A stretch of DNA of 45,341 nt, taken from the IMG/VR virus record IMGVR_UViG_3300045988_049297; one strand, given 5' to 3'. The notes beneath the pieces are model-generated. The model worked only from the letters and a program-made list of their open reading frames with translations, was not told where the DNA came from and ran no database searches. Positions 1 to 7,045 of the stretch are shown in pieces (positions within the stretch are counted from its first letter, which is position 1; each line of letters opens with the position of its first letter). Position numbers and translations under genes: made by a program. This stretch comes from a virus.

Positions 1-93
1 ATTTTTTTTATAGCGAGAAATGCCGTAGGAATATCTCGGACAGCATTTAAGGCGGTAGTTAGATTGATATATCGACCCATATATTCTTACTTC
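1..93. repeat. Terminal direct repeat, copy 1 (identical to 45249..45341)
   Basis: Bases 1..93 match 45249..45341 base for base (constant offset 45248 checked at several anchors). The unit length is therefore 45248 bp. 1..80 duplicates the 5' end of the gene at 44993..45328. Confidence 0.95.
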
Positions 94-242
94 CTTTTCT
101 TCATCGCTCTCGCCAACACCACGGCGGCGCAGTCCTGAGAGTCTTCGTCCCACCATGCACACCGCTGTTTCTGGCAGGGGCAGAGGGGAATGTCTTCGGG
201 GCAGCTCATAGACAACGGGCAAATTTTCTTCTCATTCTCCAT
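87..242 (-). CDS. Small Cys-rich protein, 51 aa, hypothetical
   Basis: ATG at 242..240, TAA at 89..87; below the ORF-track length cutoff. Hand translation: MENEKKICPLSMSCPEDIPLCPCQKQRCAWWDEDSQDCAAVVLARAMKKRK. It fills the gap before the next start codon (80..78) and overlaps the MazF-like 3' tail by 37 nt. Confidence 0.4.
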   Translation of the reverse strand: MENEKKICPLSMSCPEDIPLCPCQKQRCAWWDEDSQDCAAVVLARAMKKRK

Positions 243-595
243 CGTCTACACCCCCCCCCATAAAAGAAAGCGTTCTTCAAAGCGGTGTCCACATGGCGTA
301 TGATCTCAGGCGGCAGGGTGCAAATGTACTTCCAGTCTTCGGTCACATCAATGACTCGAACCTGTTCACACTCGACCATGCTCGGCTGTAAACTACCCCA
401 AGTGATCGCAACATGGGTCGGCATTTCCAGCCGCTTGAACTTAGTGGTCATGGGAACGACAATGCTGGTGGGCGAAAACTGGTTGCCGACATTGTTCTGC
501 ACGACCACCCACGGACGCTTACCGGCCTGAACATGACCGCTGGCAGGCAGAGGAACATCAATGACAACAACATCGCCACGCTGATAAGGTTTCAT
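206..595 (-). CDS. MazF/PemK (EndoA-like) endoribonuclease toxin homologue
   Basis: From ATG 595: MKPYQRGDVVVIDVPLPASGHVQAGKRPWVVVQNNVGNQFSPTSIVVPMTT..PTHVAI. This follows the Bacillus EndoA/MazF pattern (RGDV, G-x-RP-x-VV-QN-x-GN-x-SPT-x-IV). ATG lies 2 nt after the prim-pol TAA. The ORF-track extension to 667 overlaps prim-pol and is rejected. Confidence 0.8.
   Translation of the reverse strand: MKPYQRGDVVVIDVPLPASGHVQAGKRPWVVVQNNVGNQFSPTSIVVPMTTKFKRLEMPTHVAITWGSLQPSMVECEQVRVIDVTEDWKYICTLPPEIIRHVDTALKNAFFYGGGCRRWRMRRKFARCL
251..259 (-). repeat. G9 homopolymer (C9 on + strand) in the 3' tail of the MazF-like gene
   Basis: Plus strand reads ccccccccc at 251..259, encoding GGG in ..FFYGGGCRRWRMRRKFARCL. 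G8 would give ..YGGGVDDGE-stop and G10 ..YGGGV-stop. Lies 9 nt upstream of the Cys-rich ORF start codon. Confidence 0.95.
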
Positions 596-597
596 AG

Positions 598-1383
598 TTA
601 CCTCCTGTATCTGGTCACGCTGTTGACAATCAACTCGACCTCGGATTGAGGGAGCGGCGGCTTGCAAGCCTGTTGATTGGCATACAGCAGTTCTTTGTAA
701 ATCTCTGCTTTGGTGTATCCTTGGTTGTGAAGCTGACCCGCCAGAGAAGTCAGGCTGAGGTTCCGGCTTCCCGGTGTGATAGGCGGGTATTCAGGCTTCA
801 AATGCAGCTTGCCATTTTCGGGGCGGCGGTAGATGGGGGAATAGATACGCTGAGGGGCGACCGTACCTGAGCTACTTTCCTTCGGCGTGTCGGGAAAATA
901 CTTCTCGATCACATAGTCAATCGCTGACTGGTTTTCAACGATCTCGGAGAAGATCAAAACCTCGCCGGTCATGATGAAGTACCGATTGCTCTTGTAAATC
1001 TCCACGGCGGCACGGTTGTTCTTACCCTTGAAGGGCAGCTCGCCACGAACGAGAATGTGAACCCCTCTCCCGCTTCTGGACTTTTCCGTGTAGGAGTGGC
1101 AACGACCAATAATGTCAGCCGCCAGAGGGTTTAGAAGCCCATCAGTAAAGCCATCGTCAATGTCGATACCTACAACCCCTGTATCGTGAAACACATAGCC
1201 AAGACCGTCATAGTAGCCGTGCTGGACATTGTGTTCAGCGTCAATGTAATTTGACCATGTATCCGGGTTAGATGAAGAAGCCGCCTTTCTGACGGTGGCC
1301 TGCATGGGAACCTTTGACCCGTCCCATACATTGACCCATGCCTTTTCCCCTCGAAGTTCAGCGGGTATATTCAAATAGCTCAT
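598..1383 (-). CDS. Archaeo-eukaryotic-type DNA primase-polymerase (prim-pol) with PriCT-1-like C-terminal domain
   Basis: AEP motifs GVVGIDIDD and SRSGRGVHILV. C-terminal NLSLTSLAGQLHNQGYTKAEIYKELLYANQ..LPQSEVELIVNSV resembles PriCT-1. GAGG RBS 7 nt before ATG 1383. Confidence 0.75.
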   Translation of the reverse strand: MSYLNIPAELRGEKAWVNVWDGSKVPMQATVRKAASSSNPDTWSNYIDAEHNVQHGYYDGLGYVFHDTGVVGIDIDDGFTDGLLNPLAADIIGRCHSYTEKSRSGRGVHILVRGELPFKGKNNRAAVEIYKSNRYFIMTGEVLIFSEIVENQSAIDYVIEKYFPDTPKESSSGTVAPQRIYSPIYRRPENGKLHLKPEYPPITPGSRNLSLTSLAGQLHNQGYTKAEIYKELLYANQQACKPPLPQSEVELIVNSVTRYRR

Positions 1384-1392
1384 AGGCTTACC

Positions 1393-1938
1393 TCAGCTTT
1401 CATACGGACTCGGTAAAGACCAGTCCCATCTATCACCGCCACGGTAGGCGTTGCGGAAGTGGTTTCTCTCGCCATCGCCAGAGAACCATAGGTAATCCGC
1501 AGGGAGGACACGACCGACCTCAACCTGACCTTCTCTCTCTGCATACCAGCGGGCCAGTACATCTATACAAAGAGTAATCAAACCATCATCGACCGGATTT
1601 TTCTCGTTGTACCCTACGAATTGTTTAGGTGTAGTCACAACCGTTATAATGTCGCCGTAGCCATGATCGACACGGTTGAGCGCACACCACACACAAGCGG
1701 CTTTCTCAGCGTCCGAGCTGACCCCTCTGGCTTCTCCCCATAGCATTTTCGCCAGTACAATCACTTCCTCGTCTGTCCACGGCTGAGGTGTCACCTCCGG
1801 TTCTGGCTCCGGGGTGACTACCTCTACCACCTCGACAACGGGAGAAGGTTCTTCAACCTCAACCGTGGGTAATTTCAGACAGAGGACTGCGACAATGGTG
1901 ACGAACCACAGGAAGATTGAAAATCTCAGCCCTCGCAA
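1393..1938 (-). CDS. Membrane-anchored SleB-like cell-wall hydrolase (Hydrolase_2 family)
   Basis: N-terminal TM segment FSIFLWFVTIVAVLCL, a Pro/Glu/Val-rich linker, then MLWGEARGVSS..ACVWCALNRVD..TPKQFVGY typical of SleB-type cortex-lytic enzymes. The start is TTG at 1938; there is no ATG alternative. Confidence 0.7.
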   Translation of the reverse strand: MRGLRFSIFLWFVTIVAVLCLKLPTVEVEEPSPVVEVVEVVTPEPEPEVTPQPWTDEEVIVLAKMLWGEARGVSSDAEKAACVWCALNRVDHGYGDIITVVTTPKQFVGYNEKNPVDDGLITLCIDVLARWYAEREGQVEVGRVLPADYLWFSGDGERNHFRNAYRGGDRWDWSLPSPYES

Positions 1939-2156
1939 GGGGTCTTAGACTTGCTGGACTTGGGCTTTGTCGAGGTTCCAGCGAAATAGAACTTGTTATC
2001 TATGCAGATGGGGAAATCGGGAAAGAGCTTGCTGGCGGTCTGCGTTCCACGGGAACAAATCTGCTCTGCCGCCGCCAACGACATTTCATCTTTCACGAAG
2101 TCCTTTCCAGCAGCCATGATATACGGCACTTTGCCGTCAATGCTTTTCAGCTTCAT
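1926..2156 (-). CDS. Hypothetical protein (76 aa)
   Basis: AAAGGAGAG RBS 6 nt before ATG 2156. Lys/Ser-rich C-terminus. No family recognised. Confidence 0.5.
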   Translation of the reverse strand: MKLKSIDGKVPYIMAAGKDFVKDEMSLAAAEQICSRGTQTASKLFPDFPICIDNKFYFAGTSTKPKSSKSKTPCEG

Positions 2157-2487
2157 TAGGTTCTCTCCTTTCACGGTTCCATGCTTCAACATCAACGCCG
2201 ATACGCTTCAACATCTCCTTGCAGAGCCATGTGTAATCGTCCGGCATTTGATAATACTGGATAAGACGGTCATGCTCGGCAGAGAAAGCGTCATAGAACT
2301 TCCGCAGGCGCTTCTTGCCGAAACCAAGGTGGACATGGAGGGTGTAAAGCATCATGGCGTCAATGTCATCGGCATAGCGCCTGTCGGCTTCCACGATCTG
2401 ACGATTGATTTCCATGTCCATCGCTTTTCTCTCGGCGGCAGTTAAGACCGCACCAAACACCTTGCCGCCAGCTTTCTTGATCCTCAT
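2137..2487 (-). CDS. Hypothetical protein (116 aa)
   Basis: ATGA start/stop overlap with thyX. Contains LHVHLGFGKKRLRKFYDAF. No family recognised. Confidence 0.55.
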   Translation of the reverse strand: MRIKKAGGKVFGAVLTAAERKAMDMEINRQIVEADRRYADDIDAMMLYTLHVHLGFGKKRLRKFYDAFSAEHDRLIQYYQMPDDYTWLCKEMLKRIGVDVEAWNRERREPNEAEKH

Positions 2488-3107
2488 ACCTCAATGTCCT
2501 CGAAGAAGACGGGATAGGTCTGTTTCAGCAGGGTCAGGAGCATATTGGCAACAACCCGCATATCGGGGTGAGCCGCTGCGGGACAGCGCATACGACAGAA
2601 GTGCCGCCACTCTCTGAGGTCAGCGGTCATGACCACCTCGGTTTTCAAGCTGTTCGGTAGAACAGATCGAGCTTCCTGCGGGGTACAACCTTCGTTCAAC
2701 AAATCGAAGTAGGCAAGCTCGGCGTTCTCGCATGACCGCTTCCAGATACGATAGGGGGAGTCGGTGTCGGCAAAAGTGCAAGGACGAATAACGGTGATCT
2801 CGCCGCCGAAGCCCTCCTTGCCGTAATTGCAGTACCGAGTGGACTCCTGACAGAACGCCGCCAGACGGTGACGGACGATCTCATGGCTCACACCCCGGTC
2901 GCAGATGAAGCGGACAGTGAGAGAGCCATGCTCAATGACAGCTTCGTGACCCCGCTTGATAATGCCCCGGACGAACTTCTCTGCGCTTCCGTCCGTGATT
3001 TTGTCTTCGGACTTATAGCAAGTGCGCCCTGCGGCTTCGATGGTGGTCAGAAGGGTCTTATAATCGGGAGCGTTGATAAGCTCCACAGAAGGTTCAATGA
3101 TTTTCAT
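2484..3107 (-). CDS. thyX: FAD-dependent thymidylate synthase ThyX
   Basis: ThyX signature RHR-x7-S-x-RY is present as VRHRLAAFCQESTRY; also GHEAVIEHGS. AAGGGAG RBS 7 nt before ATG 3107, so the ORF-track start at 3209 is rejected. Confidence 0.9.
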   Translation of the reverse strand: MKIIEPSVELINAPDYKTLLTTIEAAGRTCYKSEDKITDGSAEKFVRGIIKRGHEAVIEHGSLTVRFICDRGVSHEIVRHRLAAFCQESTRYCNYGKEGFGGEITVIRPCTFADTDSPYRIWKRSCENAELAYFDLLNEGCTPQEARSVLPNSLKTEVVMTADLREWRHFCRMRCPAAAHPDMRVVANMLLTLLKQTYPVFFEDIEV

Positions 3108-3468
3108 TTTCAGACTCCCTTTCATACCAAGGTTTGAAGTTAACAATCTGTTCGTAGAGGTTGTTTGCTCTGCCATCGAAACAGATTGCACGGTCATCGA
3201 CATGAACAATGGAGGGAACTTTTCTCGCTTGAATTTGCACCATAGGGAACCCGTAGTGTTTCAGCCATTCAGCAATCGCCGTTTGTCCCTCAAAGGACTC
3301 CGCACGAGAAGAACAGATGACCACACATAAACCATCGCTTATGAGTCGTTCAATGACCTCTTTAATCCCTTCTACGGGAGGGTCAGGGATAACGGCAGCA
3401 CCCTTCCACCCGCTTCGGTAGGAATGAATTACGCCATCGAAATCGAAAGAAACTGTTGGAATATACAT
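3094..3468 (-). CDS. Small HAD-superfamily phosphatase / nucleotidase-like protein
   Basis: HAD motif I DxDGV at the N-terminus (VSFDFDGVIHS), later VVICSSR and VHVDD. 124 aa, cap-less size typical of phage 5'-nucleotidase-like HADs. Confidence 0.6.
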   Translation of the reverse strand: MYIPTVSFDFDGVIHSYRSGWKGAAVIPDPPVEGIKEVIERLISDGLCVVICSSRAESFEGQTAIAEWLKHYGFPMVQIQARKVPSIVHVDDRAICFDGRANNLYEQIVNFKPWYERESENENH

Positions 3469-3471
3469 ACT

Positions 3472-4068
3472 TCACACCCCCGCAACATGGCTTGCCAGCA
3501 TATCGGCTTGGTGTGTCCACAGCACATTCGGGTAGTTGCGAACAGCACGGGTGTAGTCATTCCACTCTGACTTGTCGGTGAAAGCGCCCATGTGATAGCG
3601 GATACACATGATTTCTTCCTCGGTCAGTGTGTAGAACTGAGAGAGAAGCATAATGGACTTATCGCCGTGACCTTTCAGAAGGGTGTCGGGGTTGTACTCC
3701 CACGCCCGTTCGTCATAGATTGGTGTACGACCACCATTAAATTCTTCAAAGTGACCTGCTACCGGGTGACGGTACTGGTCGATCTTGCACAGGTCATGGA
3801 ACATACCCACGATGTAGGGAGAGCGGGACTTGTGCCAGATCAGGTGATTGTCCTGCGTGAGCGTCAGGAGGAACTTCGTGACCATGTAGGAGTGTTCCAG
3901 AAGACCTCCCTCGTAGTTGCCGTGGTACTTGGTGGAAGCAGGAGCGGTGAAGAAGCCGTAGGCCATCAGGTACTCCATCAGGTCATCAGAAACAACAGGG
4001 GTTCCGTCAGGCAGCTTCATAAAGTTCAGAAAATCGGTCACTTCGGACTTTGAGAAGCAGTCAGGCAT
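3472..4068 (-). CDS. HD-domain phosphohydrolase
   Basis: HD ligand motifs YHG..GGLLEHS, MFHDLCK, GHGDKS, IRYHMG. AAGGAG RBS 8 nt before ATG 4068, so the ORF-track start at 4158 is rejected. Confidence 0.75.
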   Translation of the reverse strand: MPDCFSKSEVTDFLNFMKLPDGTPVVSDDLMEYLMAYGFFTAPASTKYHGNYEGGLLEHSYMVTKFLLTLTQDNHLIWHKSRSPYIVGMFHDLCKIDQYRHPVAGHFEEFNGGRTPIYDERAWEYNPDTLLKGHGDKSIMLLSQFYTLTEEEIMCIRYHMGAFTDKSEWNDYTRAVRNYPNVLWTHQADMLASHVAGV

Positions 4069-4396
4069 TTTCGTACTCCTTCCTGTGAATACTCTTTTCA
4101 CTGTCGAAGCCGTCAGGGTAACGAGCCAGCAGCTTATCGACATTGTGCTGTGCCACATATTCGAGGGTCACACCCAAGCCGGTCGCCAACTGTGCGACAT
4201 ACCAGAGAACATCGCCCAGCTCGTCAATCATCTTCATCGGGTCGAAAGCATGACCCTGAAACTCGGTCTTTTTCAGAATGTCGATACACTCTCCGGCTTC
4301 GCCGTTCAGACCGTAACAGCCGTTGCGAACCTTATCCCATGAAGTCAGGTCGCCGGAAGTGCGCTCGGCGGCTTTCTGATAATCATTCAGCGTCAT
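4061..4396 (-). CDS. mazG: MazG-like nucleoside triphosphate pyrophosphohydrolase
   Basis: All-alpha NTP-PPase motifs LNGEAGECIDILKK and ELGDVLWYVAQLA. GGAGG RBS 6 nt before ATG 4396. Confidence 0.8.
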   Translation of the reverse strand: MTLNDYQKAAERTSGDLTSWDKVRNGCYGLNGEAGECIDILKKTEFQGHAFDPMKMIDELGDVLWYVAQLATGLGVTLEYVAQHNVDKLLARYPDGFDSEKSIHRKEYENA

Positions 4397-4688
4397 CGGC
4401 AACCTCCATTTCCACCACCGTCATAATGGCGTAGTTGGCGAGGTCAATCAGGGTATCCCGGATAGACTCGTCATTGACCTTCTGCTCACCGCCACGGGAG
4501 AGAGTCTTGAAGCGGCTGAACTTATCTCCCAACCGGATACGAGCCATCGCCATTCCCTCTTCAACGAAGGTCTGGTGGAAGCTGTCACCGTAGTCATGGT
4601 TCTTGCGCTCGTAGAGATCGTTGATCTCCTTGCAGATTTCAGCGTGGCGCTGAACCTTGGAGAGCGAACAAATATAGGCTTCTGCCAT
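4383..4688 (-). CDS. DUF1599-like protein (nucleotide-metabolism associated)
   Basis: KNHDYGDSF followed by RIRLGDKFSRFKTL fits the DUF1599 pattern as I recall it (K-x-x-DYG .. R-x-x-DK-x-x-R). Adjacent to MazG/HD/ThyX. Confidence 0.5.
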   Translation of the reverse strand: MAEAYICSLSKVQRHAEICKEINDLYERKNHDYGDSFHQTFVEEGMAMARIRLGDKFSRFKTLSRGGEQKVNDESIRDTLIDLANYAIMTVVEMEVADDAE

Positions 4689-4732
4689 TGTAGCTTATCC
4701 TCACTTTCAACATAGTTTTCAACATACCATTG

Positions 4733-4767
4733 GCGAGGGAGAGTGTTTTATTTTAGCCCTCCCTCGC
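4733..4767 (-). other. Intergenic 9-bp GC-rich stem-loop downstream of the 4776 gene
   Basis: GCGAGGGAG (4733..4741) pairs with CTCCCTCGC (4759..4767) across a 17-nt loop. No U-tract follows on the minus strand, so it is not a canonical terminator. Confidence 0.3.
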
Positions 4768-4775
4768 GCCCGGTA

Positions 4776-5258
4776 TCAGCCAAGGAGAGCCATCAAATCC
4801 ATCGGGGTCTTAGGAGCGGCCTGAGAAGCCGCAGGAGCGGTTTCAACAGCAGGGGCAGCAAACGTATTGCCAGAGCCGTCCCAGCCCTCAGAGGGGCGTT
4901 TATCCGTCAAACGGACGAAGGTAATGCTCTGTCCGGGCTTCCTCTTGTTTTCCTGAACATCATGCTCCACATCGCACTCGATGAAGTGACCAATCAGGTC
5001 GGTATGGTCGATCTCGGTCAGGTCGAAATTGTTGAGGGCGGTCTTGGCGAAGTAGCTGAAAGCGTTGTATGCACCCTCGTTGGGAGAGCCATCAGATTTC
5101 AGCAGCGAGAAACGCTCGATGTGCTTACTGCCGGTCTGCGTCTGCATATAAACTTCCAGCTTGCCGAAGTCCTCCTTGTACTTCACATCGGTAATCTGAA
5201 AGACATGAGTACCTTCGGGAATGGGGGTGAAACCCTCGGTGAGTCCGATTTTAGCCAT
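4776..5258 (-). CDS. Candidate phage ssDNA-binding protein (DUF669-like), otherwise hypothetical
   Basis: Sits next to the ERF/exonuclease block. Ala/Pro-rich tail ending PMDLMALLG resembles SSB-type tails. The DUF669 assignment is from recollection only. Confidence 0.45.
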   Translation of the reverse strand: MAKIGLTEGFTPIPEGTHVFQITDVKYKEDFGKLEVYMQTQTGSKHIERFSLLKSDGSPNEGAYNAFSYFAKTALNNFDLTEIDHTDLIGHFIECDVEHDVQENKRKPGQSITFVRLTDKRPSEGWDGSGNTFAAPAVETAPAASQAAPKTPMDLMALLG

Positions 5259-5766
5259 TGTTTTTGTCCTCCTTCATGGTGTAGAAATTGAGCTGTTCTG
5301 TGGACTCGCAGGGGAAAATGATACCAACCAACTGGTCTTCGTCATCGGGGTACTTAGCGTACTGCTTGACCAGCAGGGCTTTCGGTACGCTCTTGTCGCT
5401 TTCCAGATCGTAAGCGTACAAGATTTCGCAGAAATCAGATCTCTCGATCAGTGACCAGTCATCATTGGTGATGGGAAGGGTCATGGTGCTGTCCTGCGTA
5501 GCAAAAATACGGACACAATCCTTGATTGCGCCGTCCGGCTTAGGCATGATTGCCTTAACCAGCTCGGCATACTCGGTGCAACCGACCTGAGAGATCAGAC
5601 GACCAATGCCCTCAGGCATTTTCTCGTTACTGTACCCGGTCACGCTGCGGATACCATCGGGAATAAGCATAAGTACGGACGGGGAAGCAAGCCAGCGTTC
5701 GTCCATGTACTCGTAGATAGCGCCGCCATCAGGGGCGAGGGACTTCACAAACTTGGAAAACTTCAT
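5251..5766 (-). CDS. Hypothetical protein (171 aa)
   Basis: GGAGG RBS before ATG 5766. Tightly packed with its neighbours. No family recognised. Confidence 0.6.
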   Translation of the reverse strand: MKFSKFVKSLAPDGGAIYEYMDERWLASPSVLMLIPDGIRSVTGYSNEKMPEGIGRLISQVGCTEYAELVKAIMPKPDGAIKDCVRIFATQDSTMTLPITNDDWSLIERSDFCEILYAYDLESDKSVPKALLVKQYAKYPDDEDQLVGIIFPCESTEQLNFYTMKEDKNNG

Positions 5767-5768
5767 AA

Positions 5769-5996
5769 TTAAACCTCCTCACAATCATCAAATTCGATTT
5801 CAGAATCCGGAAAAACGCACCGTTCATCCTCGGAAGTGAGGACGCCAACGAGACAGTCACAGCTTCCCATTCCTGCGTAATTCGTGAGTCCGCCGAACTC
5901 GTCAGTTGCTTTTTCGATTGCTTCTTCTTCGTTCTTTGCTTCAACGACCATACTGCAAACCACTGTCGTATGACCATAAACACGAAATTTTTTCAT
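5769..5996 (-). CDS. Hypothetical acidic protein (75 aa)
   Basis: TAATG overlap with the exonuclease stop. Acidic, Cys-containing C-terminus. No family recognised. Confidence 0.55.
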   Translation of the reverse strand: MKKFRVYGHTTVVCSMVVEAKNEEEAIEKATDEFGGLTNYAGMGSCDCLVGVLTSEDERCVFPDSEIEFDDCEEV

Positions 5997-7042
5997 TACG
6001 CACCTTCTTTCAAGGCTTTCGGGGAAATGCGGTAGCTGTCCTCAGTGGTCGTGTACTTCGACAGAATACCATCCGCTTTCATAGCGTCCTTGTCGATCTT
6101 CGTGGTGGAAGTACGGCTGACTTCCCAATTATAGGTAGAACCGGCGATAGACACCTTCTTGTCACCGTCACGGAACTGAGCGATTGCGACTTTCTTAATC
6201 ATGTCGGTCAAGACCTTGTACCGCTTCTCGTCCTCTGCCACCTCAGCGGCATGAGCGTCCAGCTTGGCTTTCAGGTCTTCGGCTTCCTTGACCAGCGCCG
6301 CCATATCCGTTTCAGGAGACAGGTTGTTGGTGCGGAGAGCTTTCAGGATTTCAGCGTCCTTGCGCTCGTCAAAGGCGGGGGAAATGCCGCTCTCCACATA
6401 GTCCTTCCACCATTTCAGGGCAGGCTTCACATACTTCTTCTCGAAGTCAGGATACCGCTCGGACACCTTGAAGGGGCGAGTGATGGTATTCTCACCGCTG
6501 CACACAAACTTCTCAGGGTCATCGTAGTCCTTGGGTTCAAGGAAGGAAGCGACCATGATAACCTCGTCCACACCGAGAAGGTAAGCGTACAACGCCGCCT
6601 GCAAAGCATAATACTCAGGAATATCGTCCTTCCAGTCCTCGACACGCTTGGATGTCTTCATTTCAAGGACGGTGGTGGGCTTACCGTCTTTGCCATAGAG
6701 CAAGTAGTCCCACATACCGCCGAGAATGGGGCTTTCCTTGAAGAAATCACCGTAGGTCTGACGGAAGTAGTCTTTGCCCCAAATGTTGGTCGGCGTGACC
6801 AGATTGCTCATGAAGTAGGTCTGCTTCATATACTCGGCCTGCTTAGGCTCGATGGTCTTACCGGCGATGGTGTAGATCGTATCCTCGAACGGCTTCTGAT
6901 AGGTGCGAGTTACTTCGCACCAAATCTCGAACGGCGTAGACCACGGGTTTAGACCGAGGATAGTAGCAAAGCGAGTACCGGTCAGCTTCTTCGGACGCTT
7001 GGGAGGGCTAATCTGAATTTTGTTGCCGTCAAGCCATTCCAT
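5996..7042 (-). CDS. YqaJ-like PD-(D/E)XK recombination exonuclease
   Basis: N-terminal LTGTRFATILGLNPWSTPFEIW and later VLEMKTSK (E-x-K) are typical of YqaJ/lambda-Exo-like viral recombinases. Adjacent to ERF. Confidence 0.8.
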   Translation of the reverse strand: MEWLDGNKIQISPPKRPKKLTGTRFATILGLNPWSTPFEIWCEVTRTYQKPFEDTIYTIAGKTIEPKQAEYMKQTYFMSNLVTPTNIWGKDYFRQTYGDFFKESPILGGMWDYLLYGKDGKPTTVLEMKTSKRVEDWKDDIPEYYALQAALYAYLLGVDEVIMVASFLEPKDYDDPEKFVCSGENTITRPFKVSERYPDFEKKYVKPALKWWKDYVESGISPAFDERKDAEILKALRTNNLSPETDMAALVKEAEDLKAKLDAHAAEVAEDEKRYKVLTDMIKKVAIAQFRDGDKKVSIAGSTYNWEVSRTSTTKIDKDAMKADGILSKYTTTEDSYRISPKALKEGA

Positions 7043-7045
7043 ACT

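Noticed and set aside
2484-3107. ThyX as evidence for a hypermodified thymidine pathway
   Set aside because: Known dU/dC hydroxymethylases are ThyA-fold enzymes, not ThyX. Nothing in the sequence distinguishes this ThyX from an ordinary dTMP synthase.
5906-6952. 348-aa plus-strand ORF mirroring the YqaJ exonuclease gene almost end to end
   Set aside because: This is a shadow ORF. The opposite strand has clear exonuclease motifs, an RBS and operon context. The plus-strand product is Leu/Arg/Val-rich with no RBS and no recognisable family.
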